From an uncultured virus (IMG/VR IMGVR_UViG_3300011693_000001) (Duplodnaviria > Heunggongvirae > Uroviricota > Caudoviricetes), in the IMG/VR virus record IMGVR_UViG_3300011693_000001, positions 62,001 through 126,000 of that record: 64,000 bases of DNA. One strand, written 5' to 3'. The first letter of the stretch is position 1. Each line of letters opens with the position of its first letter. The notes beneath the pieces were generated by a model, which was not told the DNA's origin, searched no databases, and saw only the letters and a program-made list of their open reading frames with translations. Position numbers and translations under genes: made by a program. Below, one piece after another: positions 37,795-46,353 of this stretch.

Positions 37795-38895
37795 ATGGGA
37801 AACAACAGTCGTAAAGCAAGCGAAACAAAATTCGCAAATTCACCTGCTAGGATGCAACGCCGTCTGGATGAAAAGTTCGGCGGACATATACGCATCCACA
37901 GCGGTTACACAGGTTTTCGGTTTCCTGCTGTTTTTCATTGCAGTAAACACAACGAAGTTTTTCAGGTTCCTCGCGCAGAAGCGATGATCCATGATCGCGT
38001 AGGTTGTCCTACGTGTGCGACTGAGAGTAAACGAAAGTTAATGCAACGTGCTGGTAACGCTTACACTACAGCTATTTACCGTCAGGCTGTTCGTGAAAAG
38101 TATGGTCGCAAGATTACCGTTGTTGGTGAATACGGTGGTTACGAGTACAGGCATAAAGGCGCAGTTAAAACACTTCACAAGTGCAGCAAGCATGGTGAAT
38201 TTGAAGCGTGGCCTTCTGCTGTGCTTCAAAGACCTACTGGTGGTTGTCCCGAGTGTGCGTTAGATACGCGCCGTGTGAGAGTCAACACACTGACTGGCCC
38301 TGAATTCCGTAGGCAATTAAAAGCCATAGCTCCGCGTGTTCGACATATCGGTGAGTATGGCGGTAAAACAGTTCGCACTGAGTTCCGTTGCCGTGACTGC
38401 GCTCACGGATGGAAAACGACCCCTGATTCTGTACTGGCTGGTCATGGTTGTCCTGCATGCGGACTTGAAGCAACGTTCGCCAAACGTCATCACGGTTCAC
38501 GATTGCGCCCCTACAAGCTAGGCCGTCGTGAAGTAATGGTACAAGGGTTTGAACCACAAGCTCTTGATTACCTACGTTCAGTTGGCTACCGGCCTGAACA
38601 GATTTTCGTAGGCTCTGATGTTCCCAAGGTACGTTACAACTATCGTGGAAAGAACAGAACCTACTACCCTGACATTTGGATTCCGCATGAGAATTTAATC
38701 GTCGAGGTGAAATCCCTCTATTTCTTCGGCGCTACTGATATCAATTTGTTCCGTAGTGTGAAAGCTAAAAGAAATGCTACCTTGCAACATCATAACTTCG
38801 CATTGCTGGTTATGTCAGACGACGGTAAGAAGATAAGCATACCACAAGGTTGGCACAACCTTCCTCATGCAAAATTAAAAGCTGCCATCCTGTAA
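37795..38895 (+). CDS. Free-standing homing endonuclease: Zn-ribbon repeats plus PD-(D/E)XK domain
   Basis: CSKH...GCPTC, CSKHG...GCPEC, CRDC...GCPAC; QGFEPQAL; YYPDIW...IVEVKS. Confidence 0.85.
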   Translation: MGNNSRKASETKFANSPARMQRRLDEKFGGHIRIHSGYTGFRFPAVFHCSKHNEVFQVPRAEAMIHDRVGCPTCATESKRKLMQRAGNAYTTAIYRQAVREKYGRKITVVGEYGGYEYRHKGAVKTLHKCSKHGEFEAWPSAVLQRPTGGCPECALDTRRVRVNTLTGPEFRRQLKAIAPRVRHIGEYGGKTVRTEFRCRDCAHGWKTTPDSVLAGHGCPACGLEATFAKRHHGSRLRPYKLGRREVMVQGFEPQALDYLRSVGYRPEQIFVGSDVPKVRYNYRGKNRTYYPDIWIPHENLIVEVKSLYFFGATDINLFRSVKAKRNATLQHHNFALLVMSDDGKKISIPQGWHNLPHAKLKAAIL

Positions 38896-38899
38896 TACC

Positions 38900-38931
38900 A
38901 AAGCCCAATGGAGAAATCTGTTGGGCTTTTT
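38900..38931 (+). terminator. Rho-independent terminator
   Basis: AAAGCCCAATGGA-GAAA-TCTGTTGGGCTTT plus T run. Confidence 0.8.
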
Positions 38932-39081
38932 CGTTTATGGGATAAAACTGTAAAAACAGACAACGATTTGGTACTAAGCACTAGCCGGTGCATTACAGCG
39001 AATATAAAACTGAATCGTAAGGGCTACCGAATAAAGTACGGCATATCGGTATTAGACAACTCCACTTGGAATCTTCACCTA

Positions 39082-39540
39082 ATGGGTTTCCTTTTCAGTA
39101 CAGCGTTTTCCGAACCGCACGCTATAAATACAGACAGTGCTCGGACTATAAGCAATACCCTAAGCTATAAAACAGCTAGTTTGCTTTCCCCTAATCGACT
39201 CGACCGCTTGGCTACCTTGCTAGAAACTCCAGATAATTGGAACAGCCAAGGTGCTAAAGCCCTTAATCTCGATTCGATTCAATGTTTGAACCGCTTCTGT
39301 GACTACCTCGCTTCGTTTAATGACAGTGAGCCAGCTATGACTCTCACTGACGACGGCGAGTTGGAACTCACCCTGTTCTTTCCGAGCATGGATGTTTGTC
39401 TACTATTCCGGCCCGATATGACTGTAGGCGTACACATAGAAGATATCTCTAGTGATTTTCTTTTCGCTAATGTTGACCGCCTCGACTTCTTTAAGAGCAT
39501 GCTTCAAGCTCGCCACTTTGTGAGTTTCAAAAATGACTGA
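39082..39540 (+). CDS. Conserved hypothetical protein (NWNSQGA...DDGEL family)
   Basis: The ORF-track start at 38908 lies inside a terminator, so a later ATG is preferred; exact start uncertain. Confidence 0.55.
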   Translation: MGFLFSTAFSEPHAINTDSARTISNTLSYKTASLLSPNRLDRLATLLETPDNWNSQGAKALNLDSIQCLNRFCDYLASFNDSEPAMTLTDDGELELTLFFPSMDVCLLFRPDMTVGVHIEDISSDFLFANVDRLDFFKSMLQARHFVSFKND

Positions 39541-39901
39541 TAACTACGCACCACAATTTCAACGCGCGTACCGCAATGATCTGTTTGATATCACTATCAC
39601 TCCTGCTGATGGTTCAAACAGTACACTTAGTTTCCACGCAGTAGGTTTTGAATCCATCCATAACCTACGCGGTGGCAAGCAGGTTAAGATCATTTTCGTT
39701 GAAAACGACACCAGTTATCCTGAACTGGAAATGATCCCAATGATCCGCGAATACAACGTCCGCGTTGATCAGCTCAATGAAGCTGCGCGTCCTGTGTTTA
39801 CCCGGCATGATAGCAAAGTCACGTGGGTAGAGAGTCGTTTTGAAATCTCCTACGATGCACGTGGTATTGCTCGCCGTGTTGTCACATTCGAGGTAGTGTG
39901 A
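39533..39901 (+). CDS. Hypothetical protein
   Basis: Operon packing. Confidence 0.6.
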   Translation: MTDNYAPQFQRAYRNDLFDITITPADGSNSTLSFHAVGFESIHNLRGGKQVKIIFVENDTSYPELEMIPMIREYNVRVDQLNEAARPVFTRHDSKVTWVESRFEISYDARGIARRVVTFEVV

Positions 39902-40416
39902 TGGAGATAGTCATTCCAATGCAAGCAACAGCTGCCGTTAAGCTTGAACAAGCTCCCTATACAGGAACCAAAGGTCTGTATGCTTCGTTACTTCCTCAGT
40001 ATACCGACTCCATTATTAGTCTAGCGGAAGAACTTGGCATTAAGCTGGATTCCAATAAGGTTCACGTAACAGTCTGCTATAGCAAAACGGCAATTCATCC
40101 AGAAACTCTACCAGTGGCCAGCACCTCTCAAGTTTACCGGGCACTGTGTAATCACGTAGATCATTGGAAAGGCCACAAAGGTCAAACCTGTATCGTAATG
40201 AAGCTTACTTCGTACGATATCGTTGCCGCCAATGCTGATCTACAAGGGCGTGGAGCTGTACACACGTTCACGCCTTATTCTCCACATATCACACTTACCG
40301 ATGAAGGTACGGTTGATGCAGAAATGCAGGAACGTATCGATAAGATTAATAAGCGTCTGGCGTATGCTCCTATGTGGCTGAAGTTCGACCGTTATCATAT
40401 TGGTGATTTAACATGA
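39901..40416 (+). CDS. 2H phosphoesterase, Acb1 / T4 gp57B-like (candidate anti-CBASS nuclease)
   Basis: GLYA...HVTVCYSK and YSPHITL: two HxT motifs with gp57B-like spacing. Confidence 0.8.
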   Translation: MEIVIPMQATAAVKLEQAPYTGTKGLYASLLPQYTDSIISLAEELGIKLDSNKVHVTVCYSKTAIHPETLPVASTSQVYRALCNHVDHWKGHKGQTCIVMKLTSYDIVAANADLQGRGAVHTFTPYSPHITLTDEGTVDAEMQERIDKINKRLAYAPMWLKFDRYHIGDLT

Positions 40417-40763
40417 TGTTTGTTTTACCTGCGCATAATACAGTAGTAGTTCAAGGTGAATCTGCTAAGCTACGCGCTACCGAAATGATCCGTGGTCATC
40501 TGGATGCTGCTGAAAGTAACCGTGTGCTGTTTGTCGGTAATGAGCCTTTCGAAGAGCTAGGTAATACCGCGAATGATGCACGTATTGCCTATGCGGCTAC
40601 CGCTAGTAAAACTCAACGGTATACACTGGTCGTTGTTTATCAGCGAGCGCAAGGCAACTACAACAACGGTGTATTCTCCATCGAGCTAGATGAGGAATTA
40701 GTTACTAAATTAACGCAGATGCATTTAGATTTGCTCTCCAACTTTGTTGGTGTAATAGATTAA
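40413..40763 (+). CDS. Hypothetical protein
   Basis: ATGA overlap; followed by a terminator. Confidence 0.6.
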   Translation: MMFVLPAHNTVVVQGESAKLRATEMIRGHLDAAESNRVLFVGNEPFEELGNTANDARIAYAATASKTQRYTLVVVYQRAQGNYNNGVFSIELDEELVTKLTQMHLDLLSNFVGVID

Positions 40764-40765
40764 AC

Positions 40766-40800
40766 AAAGGGCGTTCTCTTAACCGGGATCGCCCTTTTTT
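40766..40800 (+). terminator. Rho-independent terminator
   Basis: AAAGGGCG...CGCCCTTTTTT. Confidence 0.8.
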
Positions 40801-40815
40801 ATTGCCTGAAAAACG

Positions 40816-40822
40816 TAATTTA
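40816..40822 (+). promoter_or_regulatory. Putative late promoter TAATTTA
   Basis: Intergenic, after a terminator, followed by the hairpin GTACTTAGC/GCTAAGTAC. Confidence 0.55.
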
Positions 40823-40878
40823 CACGTACTTAGCGGTGATGCTAAGTACCGCTTACATTTATCATAAGGAATTCCGTC

Positions 40879-41715
40879 ATGGCAAAAGCTAAACGGGGCA
40901 AACTTGCTCACCTGAAACAGATGCTTGGCATTAATGCTAAAAAAGCTCCTTCCAATTCCGATAAGGCTCCGGTGCCTGCGGAAAAGAATAAAGCTCGTGT
41001 AGCTGCAAAGAAGCCAGCTGCAAAGAAGCCAGCTGCAAAGAAGCCAGCTGCAAAGAAGCCAGCTGCAAAGCCTACAGGTAAAGGTGATCATTGGTTTGAA
41101 AAGATGACACCTGCTCAACAGAAAGCATACATTAAGAAGCATCCTACTTCTAAATATGCGAAGATGGTAGGTAAAGGCGCTGGCGCTGCGAAACCTGCGA
41201 TTAATCTGAAGAAGAAAGCTGTTCTCGATGGTATTCGTGCTGAACTAGCTGCACTGCAAGCTAAGAAAGGTAAGATAGACCCTGCGACTTACAAAGCTAA
41301 TCTGCAAACCATTCGGGCTAAACTGGCTCATGCTACAGGTGTTGCTAAGCCCAAGGTCGGCGCTAAGAAAACAGCTGCTAAGAAAACAGCTGCTAAGAAA
41401 ACCGCTGCGCCTCGTAAATCTGTTCATCACGTGAATGCCGAAGCTAAAACTAAAGCAGCTGCCGCAGCTCGCAAAGCGCACCATGAAGCTTTGAAAGATA
41501 CGACAGCTAAGTTGAAAGAAGCTAAAGCTGCTAAGCGGCCTAATGCGAAAAAGATTGCGGCTTTGGAAAAAGCCCTCAAAACACACACCACTAATAAGAA
41601 GAAAGCAACTGCTCAACATGCTGCCGCAAAAGCACGCTTAGCTGCTCATGCAGCTAAGCATAAAAATAAGGTAGCTAAACATAAATCTCCTAAACCCGGT
41701 CGTAAAGAAAACTAA
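40879..41715 (+). CDS. Histone H1-like Lys/Ala-rich basic protein
   Basis: AAKKP and AAKKT repeats; WFEKMTPAQQKAYIKKHPTSKY motif. Confidence 0.8.
   Translation: MAKAKRGKLAHLKQMLGINAKKAPSNSDKAPVPAEKNKARVAAKKPAAKKPAAKKPAAKKPAAKPTGKGDHWFEKMTPAQQKAYIKKHPTSKYAKMVGKGAGAAKPAINLKKKAVLDGIRAELAALQAKKGKIDPATYKANLQTIRAKLAHATGVAKPKVGAKKTAAKKTAAKKTAAPRKSVHHVNAEAKTKAAAAARKAHHEALKDTTAKLKEAKAAKRPNAKKIAALEKALKTHTTNKKKATAQHAAAKARLAAHAAKHKNKVAKHKSPKPGRKEN
41001..41070 (+). repeat. 15-bp tandem repeat AGCTGCAAAGAAGCC x4.7 (encodes AAKKP)
   Basis: Perfect tandem copies read directly from the sequence. Confidence 0.95.
41362..41406 (+). repeat. 15-bp tandem repeat GCTAAGAAAACAGCT x3 (encodes AKKTA)
   Basis: Read directly; the third copy has one substitution. 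Confidence 0.9.
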
Positions 41716-41754
41716 GTCCACTACGAAAGTAAAACGTAGAGTGTCTTAAACAGG

Positions 41755-41782
41755 AAAGGGTACTTCGGTGCCCTTTTCTTTT
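41755..41782 (+). terminator. Rho-independent terminator (UUCG loop)
   Basis: AAAGGGTAC-TTCG-GTGCCCTTT followed by a T-rich tail. Confidence 0.85.
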
Positions 41783-41794
41783 ATCTGAACTACG

Positions 41795-41801
41795 TAATTT
41801 A
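41795..41801 (+). promoter_or_regulatory. Putative late promoter TAATTTA
   Basis: Intergenic copy after a terminator. Confidence 0.55.
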
Positions 41802-41840
41802 AACTCAGTACAGTTCGTACTCTTTAATAGGAACAAAACA

Positions 41841-42467
41841 ATGCCACGTACCGCTGATTGGTTTAACAGCCTTACTAAGAAGGCTCAAAAAGAATACATT
41901 GCTAAACATCCGAACTCGAAGTATGCGAAAGGCGCTAAGGGTAAAGCTCCTAATCCTAATACAGATGCGGCCAGAATAGCAACTAGGGCTAATCAGTATA
42001 GTTCTATAGCTAGCAAGTTGATTAAAAGTGCAAAAGAGAAAATAGAGGCGGCTAAAACTCCTGCTACCAAAGCTAAATGGAAAGCCGAAGTGGCCCGTCT
42101 TAGCGCAATTAAGAAAGACTTAAAGGAAATCGGAGCTAAAGGTAAAGGGATTTCCGTTAAAATGAAAGCGGGAACGATTGAATCCGTTTCTACTTTGGGC
42201 GGTAGTAAACCGTCAACCACTCGAAAACTCTCTATTGCAGCTAAAACCAAAGCTCACGATAAGAAACGCATTGCTGATAAGAACAAAGTGGTTGCTAAAA
42301 CCCCTAGCGCTTCTAATAAGAAGGTGAAGATCGCCGAGCTTAATGCTCAAAAGAAAGAAATCCGTGAAACCATGCGCGGTTTAACTCGTGGCGGAACCAT
42401 GCGTAGACAGTATGAACAACGTATATATGTTATTGATAAAAAGATAGCTGCATTGAAAGCTAAGTAA
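41841..42467 (+). CDS. Lys-rich basic protein
   Basis: WFNSLTKKAQKEYIAKHPNSKY motif shared with the 40879 protein. Confidence 0.75.
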   Translation: MPRTADWFNSLTKKAQKEYIAKHPNSKYAKGAKGKAPNPNTDAARIATRANQYSSIASKLIKSAKEKIEAAKTPATKAKWKAEVARLSAIKKDLKEIGAKGKGISVKMKAGTIESVSTLGGSKPSTTRKLSIAAKTKAHDKKRIADKNKVVAKTPSASNKKVKIAELNAQKKEIRETMRGLTRGGTMRRQYEQRIYVIDKKIAALKAK

Positions 42468-42525
42468 TAGCTGTTTGTCACCATTGGGATGACTAGTGGT
42501 TTTTGCAGGGATTTTTTGCACTTCC

Positions 42526-42532
42526 TAATTTA
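42526..42532 (+). promoter_or_regulatory. Putative late promoter TAATTTA for the head operon
   Basis: Intergenic copy of the motif. Confidence 0.55.
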
Positions 42533-42610
42533 ATCACAGCACCGAATAGGGGCTACCCCATACTGGTTTAAATAGCGGTTATAACAGGTCAACCAAATAG
42601 GAGTTGCCGA

Positions 42611-44383
42611 ATGAAAATCCGTGGTATTACCGTAACGGGCAATTCCCGGCATGAAGCCGAGGAAGCGTACCGTGCAGTTGCCACCGGCAAATCGGTTACA
42701 GCTTATGCAGATGCGAATAACGAGTTCGTTATCCTCTGCTCTGGCGAAACCGAAATCACTCCGTTCAATCCCCTGACCGGGGATGCGGACATGGTTGAAG
42801 CCGGTTCCAAAGTCATTGATCAGATTGAATTCCAGTCTGAATCTAGCGATAACGTACAGCAAACTAACTACGTCGTTTGTTCGAGTGGTTGTGGTGCTCA
42901 CGTTATCTCTGATGACGTTGAAACCCGTTTCTGCCCTGCCTGCGCGGAGTCGCTGCCGGACGACGACTGCCCTGATTGCGACGAGCAATCTCAAAACACT
43001 GTTCAAGCTTCTGCAATCGAATCGCAACAGATTCTGGTAGCAGCAACTAGCTTGGATGAAGCAATTGATGCTTTCCGTGCCATCGCTAGCTCCGGTGCAA
43101 CTACCGCCCGTGCTTGTGGTGACATTGCTGTAGCAACCAATCTTGACGAAGACGGTTTCCGTTTCAGCCCGTTCCTCGGTGATGAAAACGTTGGTACTGT
43201 TACCGTAGCGATGGCTGCTGTAGCTTCCGCTGATTCTGAAGAGAAAGTCGCCGTGCATCATTTTGAATGCATGAACGACGAATGCGGTTTGCATGTTGTT
43301 GCCTCTACTGATGATCCTGTGTTCTGCCCTAGCTGCTCTAGCGGCCTGATCGAACCTGCTGATCAAACTTCTCTGTCTGGTGATGACGAAGAGGAAGACC
43401 TCGACGATATCGACGACATGGAAGAAGAAACCGAAGAATCTGAAGATGATTCGGATGAAGAATCTGAAGACGACATGGACGAAGAAGAGTCCGAAGAGTC
43501 TGAAGAAACTGAAGAAGAAGACCTCGAAGATATGGACGAAGAAGACGAAGAATCTCTTTCGGCCGCTACGGTAACAACTAAGGTTGATACTGTTGCTGTT
43601 GGTCGCCCGATGCTTGTTTGTGTAGCTGGTGCTGAACCTGCCGCGAACAAACTTCATGCTGCCTACGCTGGTGTTATCAAAGGTCAGAAGACTGTCGTAG
43701 CTTTCTATGATGGTACTCCGGTAGCCGTAGCTAATAGCGAAAGCTCTCCTGAGTTTGCTGATATGCTTGATAGCCCGAACTTCGGTCGCGCTCTTTGTTC
43801 TGCTGCCGGTGAAATTGGTGTTGGTCCTGCTCTGAATCAAATGGGTTTTGTTGATATCAAACCTGAAGTAGAAGTGGAATCGATTGTTCAGCAGCAAGTA
43901 GCTGAACAAATAGAAGCCCAAGTATCTCAAGTTCGTGCAGCTGCTGAAACTGAGTCGAAAGACCTCAGCAATCGCATGACTGCTGCTCTGGCAACTGCGG
44001 CTCAAGGTATCAACAGTGGTTTCTTCAAAGACACTAACAACCCTGTGATTTCCGCTCTAGCTTCTGCGCTTACCTCTATCGGTATGCAAGGTGCTGAGCA
44101 ACTGGTGCGTAATGTGTTTGCTGAGCATAACGATGCGTACATTCGTAATATGATCGCTAAAGCGTCTCAGATTATGAACTACGATCTGCAAGTTCAGAAC
44201 GAACTGGCTGAAGTTGTAGCAGGTACTGCTCCTGCGAAAGAAACTCTGCCGATTGGTAAGCCTGTGCAGATTGCTGCACCGCAACAACAGCAACCCGTTC
44301 AAGAACAGGAAGCTACTGCTTCTTCGGATAATTTCCAATCCGTTCTTGATACTGCTCTTCTCTCCCTTGGCAAACGCCGCTAA
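42611..44383 (+). CDS. Prohead core/scaffold-like protein with two Zn ribbons and an acidic tract
   Basis: CSSGC..FCPAC and CMNDEC..FCPSC; ~60-aa D/E tract; lies upstream of the capsid genes; strong codon bias. Confidence 0.6.
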   Translation: MKIRGITVTGNSRHEAEEAYRAVATGKSVTAYADANNEFVILCSGETEITPFNPLTGDADMVEAGSKVIDQIEFQSESSDNVQQTNYVVCSSGCGAHVISDDVETRFCPACAESLPDDDCPDCDEQSQNTVQASAIESQQILVAATSLDEAIDAFRAIASSGATTARACGDIAVATNLDEDGFRFSPFLGDENVGTVTVAMAAVASADSEEKVAVHHFECMNDECGLHVVASTDDPVFCPSCSSGLIEPADQTSLSGDDEEEDLDDIDDMEEETEESEDDSDEESEDDMDEEESEESEETEEEDLEDMDEEDEESLSAATVTTKVDTVAVGRPMLVCVAGAEPAANKLHAAYAGVIKGQKTVVAFYDGTPVAVANSESSPEFADMLDSPNFGRALCSAAGEIGVGPALNQMGFVDIKPEVEVESIVQQQVAEQIEAQVSQVRAAAETESKDLSNRMTAALATAAQGINSGFFKDTNNPVISALASALTSIGMQGAEQLVRNVFAEHNDAYIRNMIAKASQIMNYDLQVQNELAEVVAGTAPAKETLPIGKPVQIAAPQQQQPVQEQEATASSDNFQSVLDTALLSLGKRR

Positions 44384-44399
44384 TTCGAGGCTTTAAAAA

Positions 44400-45095
44400 A
44401 TGATCAATCAAAAGTACACTCGTCAGTTTCTGACTGAACATCGCCCGGTAGCTCCCGGCGTCTCCATTAACGAAGAAGGTGTAGCTCTGGTTTACACCCG
44501 TGTTGCTGGCCAAGGTGAACTGGCTGTAACCCCTTCGACTGGCGCCGCTGGTGAAGTCTTCGCTGGTTTCTCTTGGACCCGTAACCATCCGCCGGCCTAT
44601 CTGCCGCTGGTTATGGAAGGTGTTGTTCCGGCTGACGGCATCATCGAACTTGAGCGTCTGCCTGTAACCGGTCAACTGTCCGTTTCCGTTGCTGGTACTC
44701 CGGTTGAAGTTGTTGCTGCTGCTCCTGTCGACGCTACTGAAGCTCAACTGTCCGTTCAAGAAGTAACTTTCCACGCTGATGCTATTGGTAAGAACTACTT
44801 CATCGTTATGCAGTTCGAACCGACTATGGTTGAAGCTCGCCAAATCCTCGGCGATATGCCGATTGGTGGTCTGGCCTCTAACCATGAAAGCATCATCGGT
44901 GTTCTGACTCGCGCTGATGTTGCCACCAGCATGTTCGATGCTGCTGCTAACTGGAATTCCGGTGAACTGCATCCGAGCCTCGGCGCTGATGGCCGTCTGA
45001 CTATTGGTGGTAACGGCACTAAGCTGACTAACGTCGTTATCGTTGCAACCCCTACTGCTGACGTTCCTTTCCTGACCGTTCGCGCTAACGTCTAA
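44400..45095 (+). CDS. Head structural protein (decoration/minor capsid)
   Basis: Immediately upstream of the MCP; high-expression codon bias. Confidence 0.65.
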   Translation: MINQKYTRQFLTEHRPVAPGVSINEEGVALVYTRVAGQGELAVTPSTGAAGEVFAGFSWTRNHPPAYLPLVMEGVVPADGIIELERLPVTGQLSVSVAGTPVEVVAAAPVDATEAQLSVQEVTFHADAIGKNYFIVMQFEPTMVEARQILGDMPIGGLASNHESIIGVLTRADVATSMFDAAANWNSGELHPSLGADGRLTIGGNGTKLTNVVIVATPTADVPFLTVRANV

Positions 45096-45121
45096 ATAAC
45101 TACGATTCTGGAGTAATAAAC

Positions 45122-46216
45122 ATGAAACAACATCTGACTGGCGCGAAGATGCAACTGCGCAACGGCGATCCTATCGAAGCTCTGCGTTTCGGTAACAGCA
45201 ATCAACTGGCTCTGAGTTCTGCCACTGGCGAATTCAACGCTTACGATAAGAAAGACCTCGCTCACGCCATCACTCAGCTGATGGGCGCTTTTGCTTCCGG
45301 TCAAATCGTTCAACAGCAAGAAGCTACTGCTGCTGATATTCAAGAAGCCAAGCGTGAAGCTCTGGCCGCTGCTCTGGCTGATCCGAGCGGTGCTAAGTGG
45401 ATGGCTCTCGGTTCCGGTCTGGCTCGCCAAATCGACGAACAAGTTGAGCGTCAAGGTTTCCTGCGTAACATCGCTGTAGGTAACACTCTGCGTCAGGGCG
45501 AAATCGCTCGTATCCCGATGCCGACTCACGATGCTCTGGCCGTTGTTGCTACTTCTAGCGCCAACGTTGGTTTCCAGACTATTCGTAATCGTGTGTTCAC
45601 TCCGCAAGAGTTCGAAATCATCGCCAACGTTCGCGTTGAGTCGCTTGATCTGGAACAAGTAAGCGGCGATCTGCTGGAGTTTGCGTACAACCAAGGTCTT
45701 GAGCAAATCATGACCAAGGAAGACCAAATCTGGAAGAAAGCAGCCGACCAAACTGTTGGTGTTGTGAACCCGCTGGAACTGATCGCTGGTGAACTGACCA
45801 CTAAGAACCTCGGCAATCTGCGTCAAGCTGTTGCTAAGCATAACCTGCCGGCACAAACTGCAATCATCGCCAACGATTATTGGGCTGACATTATCGGTTC
45901 CAATGACTTCGCTACCATGCTGGACCCGATCACCAAGTATGATCTGGCTCTGAATGGTCAGCTGGGTACTCTGGTTGGTATGAACCTGATCACTGACGCT
46001 TTCCGTCAGCCGAACCAGAAAGTTCTGAATCCGGGCGAAATCTACATCGTTGCTTCTCCTGAGAACCATGCAGCTTACACCACTCGCGGTGGTATCCGTT
46101 CGCAGCCGACTTCCGGTGCGGATCAAGGTTCGACCAACCGTGGCTGGCTGATGAGCGAGCCGTTCTCCTTCATTCTGGCTAACGCCCGTTCGGTAGCGAA
46201 GGGCCAAAGAGTATAA
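45122..46216 (+). CDS. Major capsid protein (HK97-like)
   Basis: Size, extreme codon bias, IMTKEDQIW, GQLGTLVGMNLITD, GWLMSEPFSFILANARSV. Confidence 0.85.
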   Translation: MKQHLTGAKMQLRNGDPIEALRFGNSNQLALSSATGEFNAYDKKDLAHAITQLMGAFASGQIVQQQEATAADIQEAKREALAAALADPSGAKWMALGSGLARQIDEQVERQGFLRNIAVGNTLRQGEIARIPMPTHDALAVVATSSANVGFQTIRNRVFTPQEFEIIANVRVESLDLEQVSGDLLEFAYNQGLEQIMTKEDQIWKKAADQTVGVVNPLELIAGELTTKNLGNLRQAVAKHNLPAQTAIIANDYWADIIGSNDFATMLDPITKYDLALNGQLGTLVGMNLITDAFRQPNQKVLNPGEIYIVASPENHAAYTTRGGIRSQPTSGADQGSTNRGWLMSEPFSFILANARSVAKGQRV

Positions 46217-46254
46217 GCGACAGGATATCTTGATTGCTAAATAATTGAGTTAAC

Positions 46255-46353
46255 ACAAACATGTTTGGGGAAAAGCCGGCCAGCCTTCTCGGTTTCGCAC
46301 AATCGAGATACCTAAACCTGTTTGTTCTTTCCCGTGCGAGGGAGCATCCCAAA
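46255..46353 (+). ncRNA. Candidate cis-regulatory RNA leader, copy 2 (same fold as 37706)
   Basis: P1 46255-69/46311-25; GAAAA linker; GC-CGGCCA-GC; P3 TCTCGGTT-TCGCAC-AATCGAGA; the loop is complementary to GTGCGA 46334-39, abutting the GGGAG SD. Confidence 0.7.

Noticed and set aside
38908..39081. ORF-track start at 38908
   Set aside because: The ATG lies within a terminator stem and upstream of a promoter-like motif.
41001..41070. Short tandem repeats as a possible CRISPR array
   Set aside because: No spacers; the 15-bp units are in frame and encode AAKKP.
42530..46207. Long antisense ORFs (491, 219 and 371 aa) over the head genes
   Set aside because: Shadows of highly codon-biased + strand genes.
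46261..46353. N-terminal extension of the GIY-YIG ORF in the ORF track
   Set aside because: Overlaps the structured leader; the SD and domain start point to ATG 46354.
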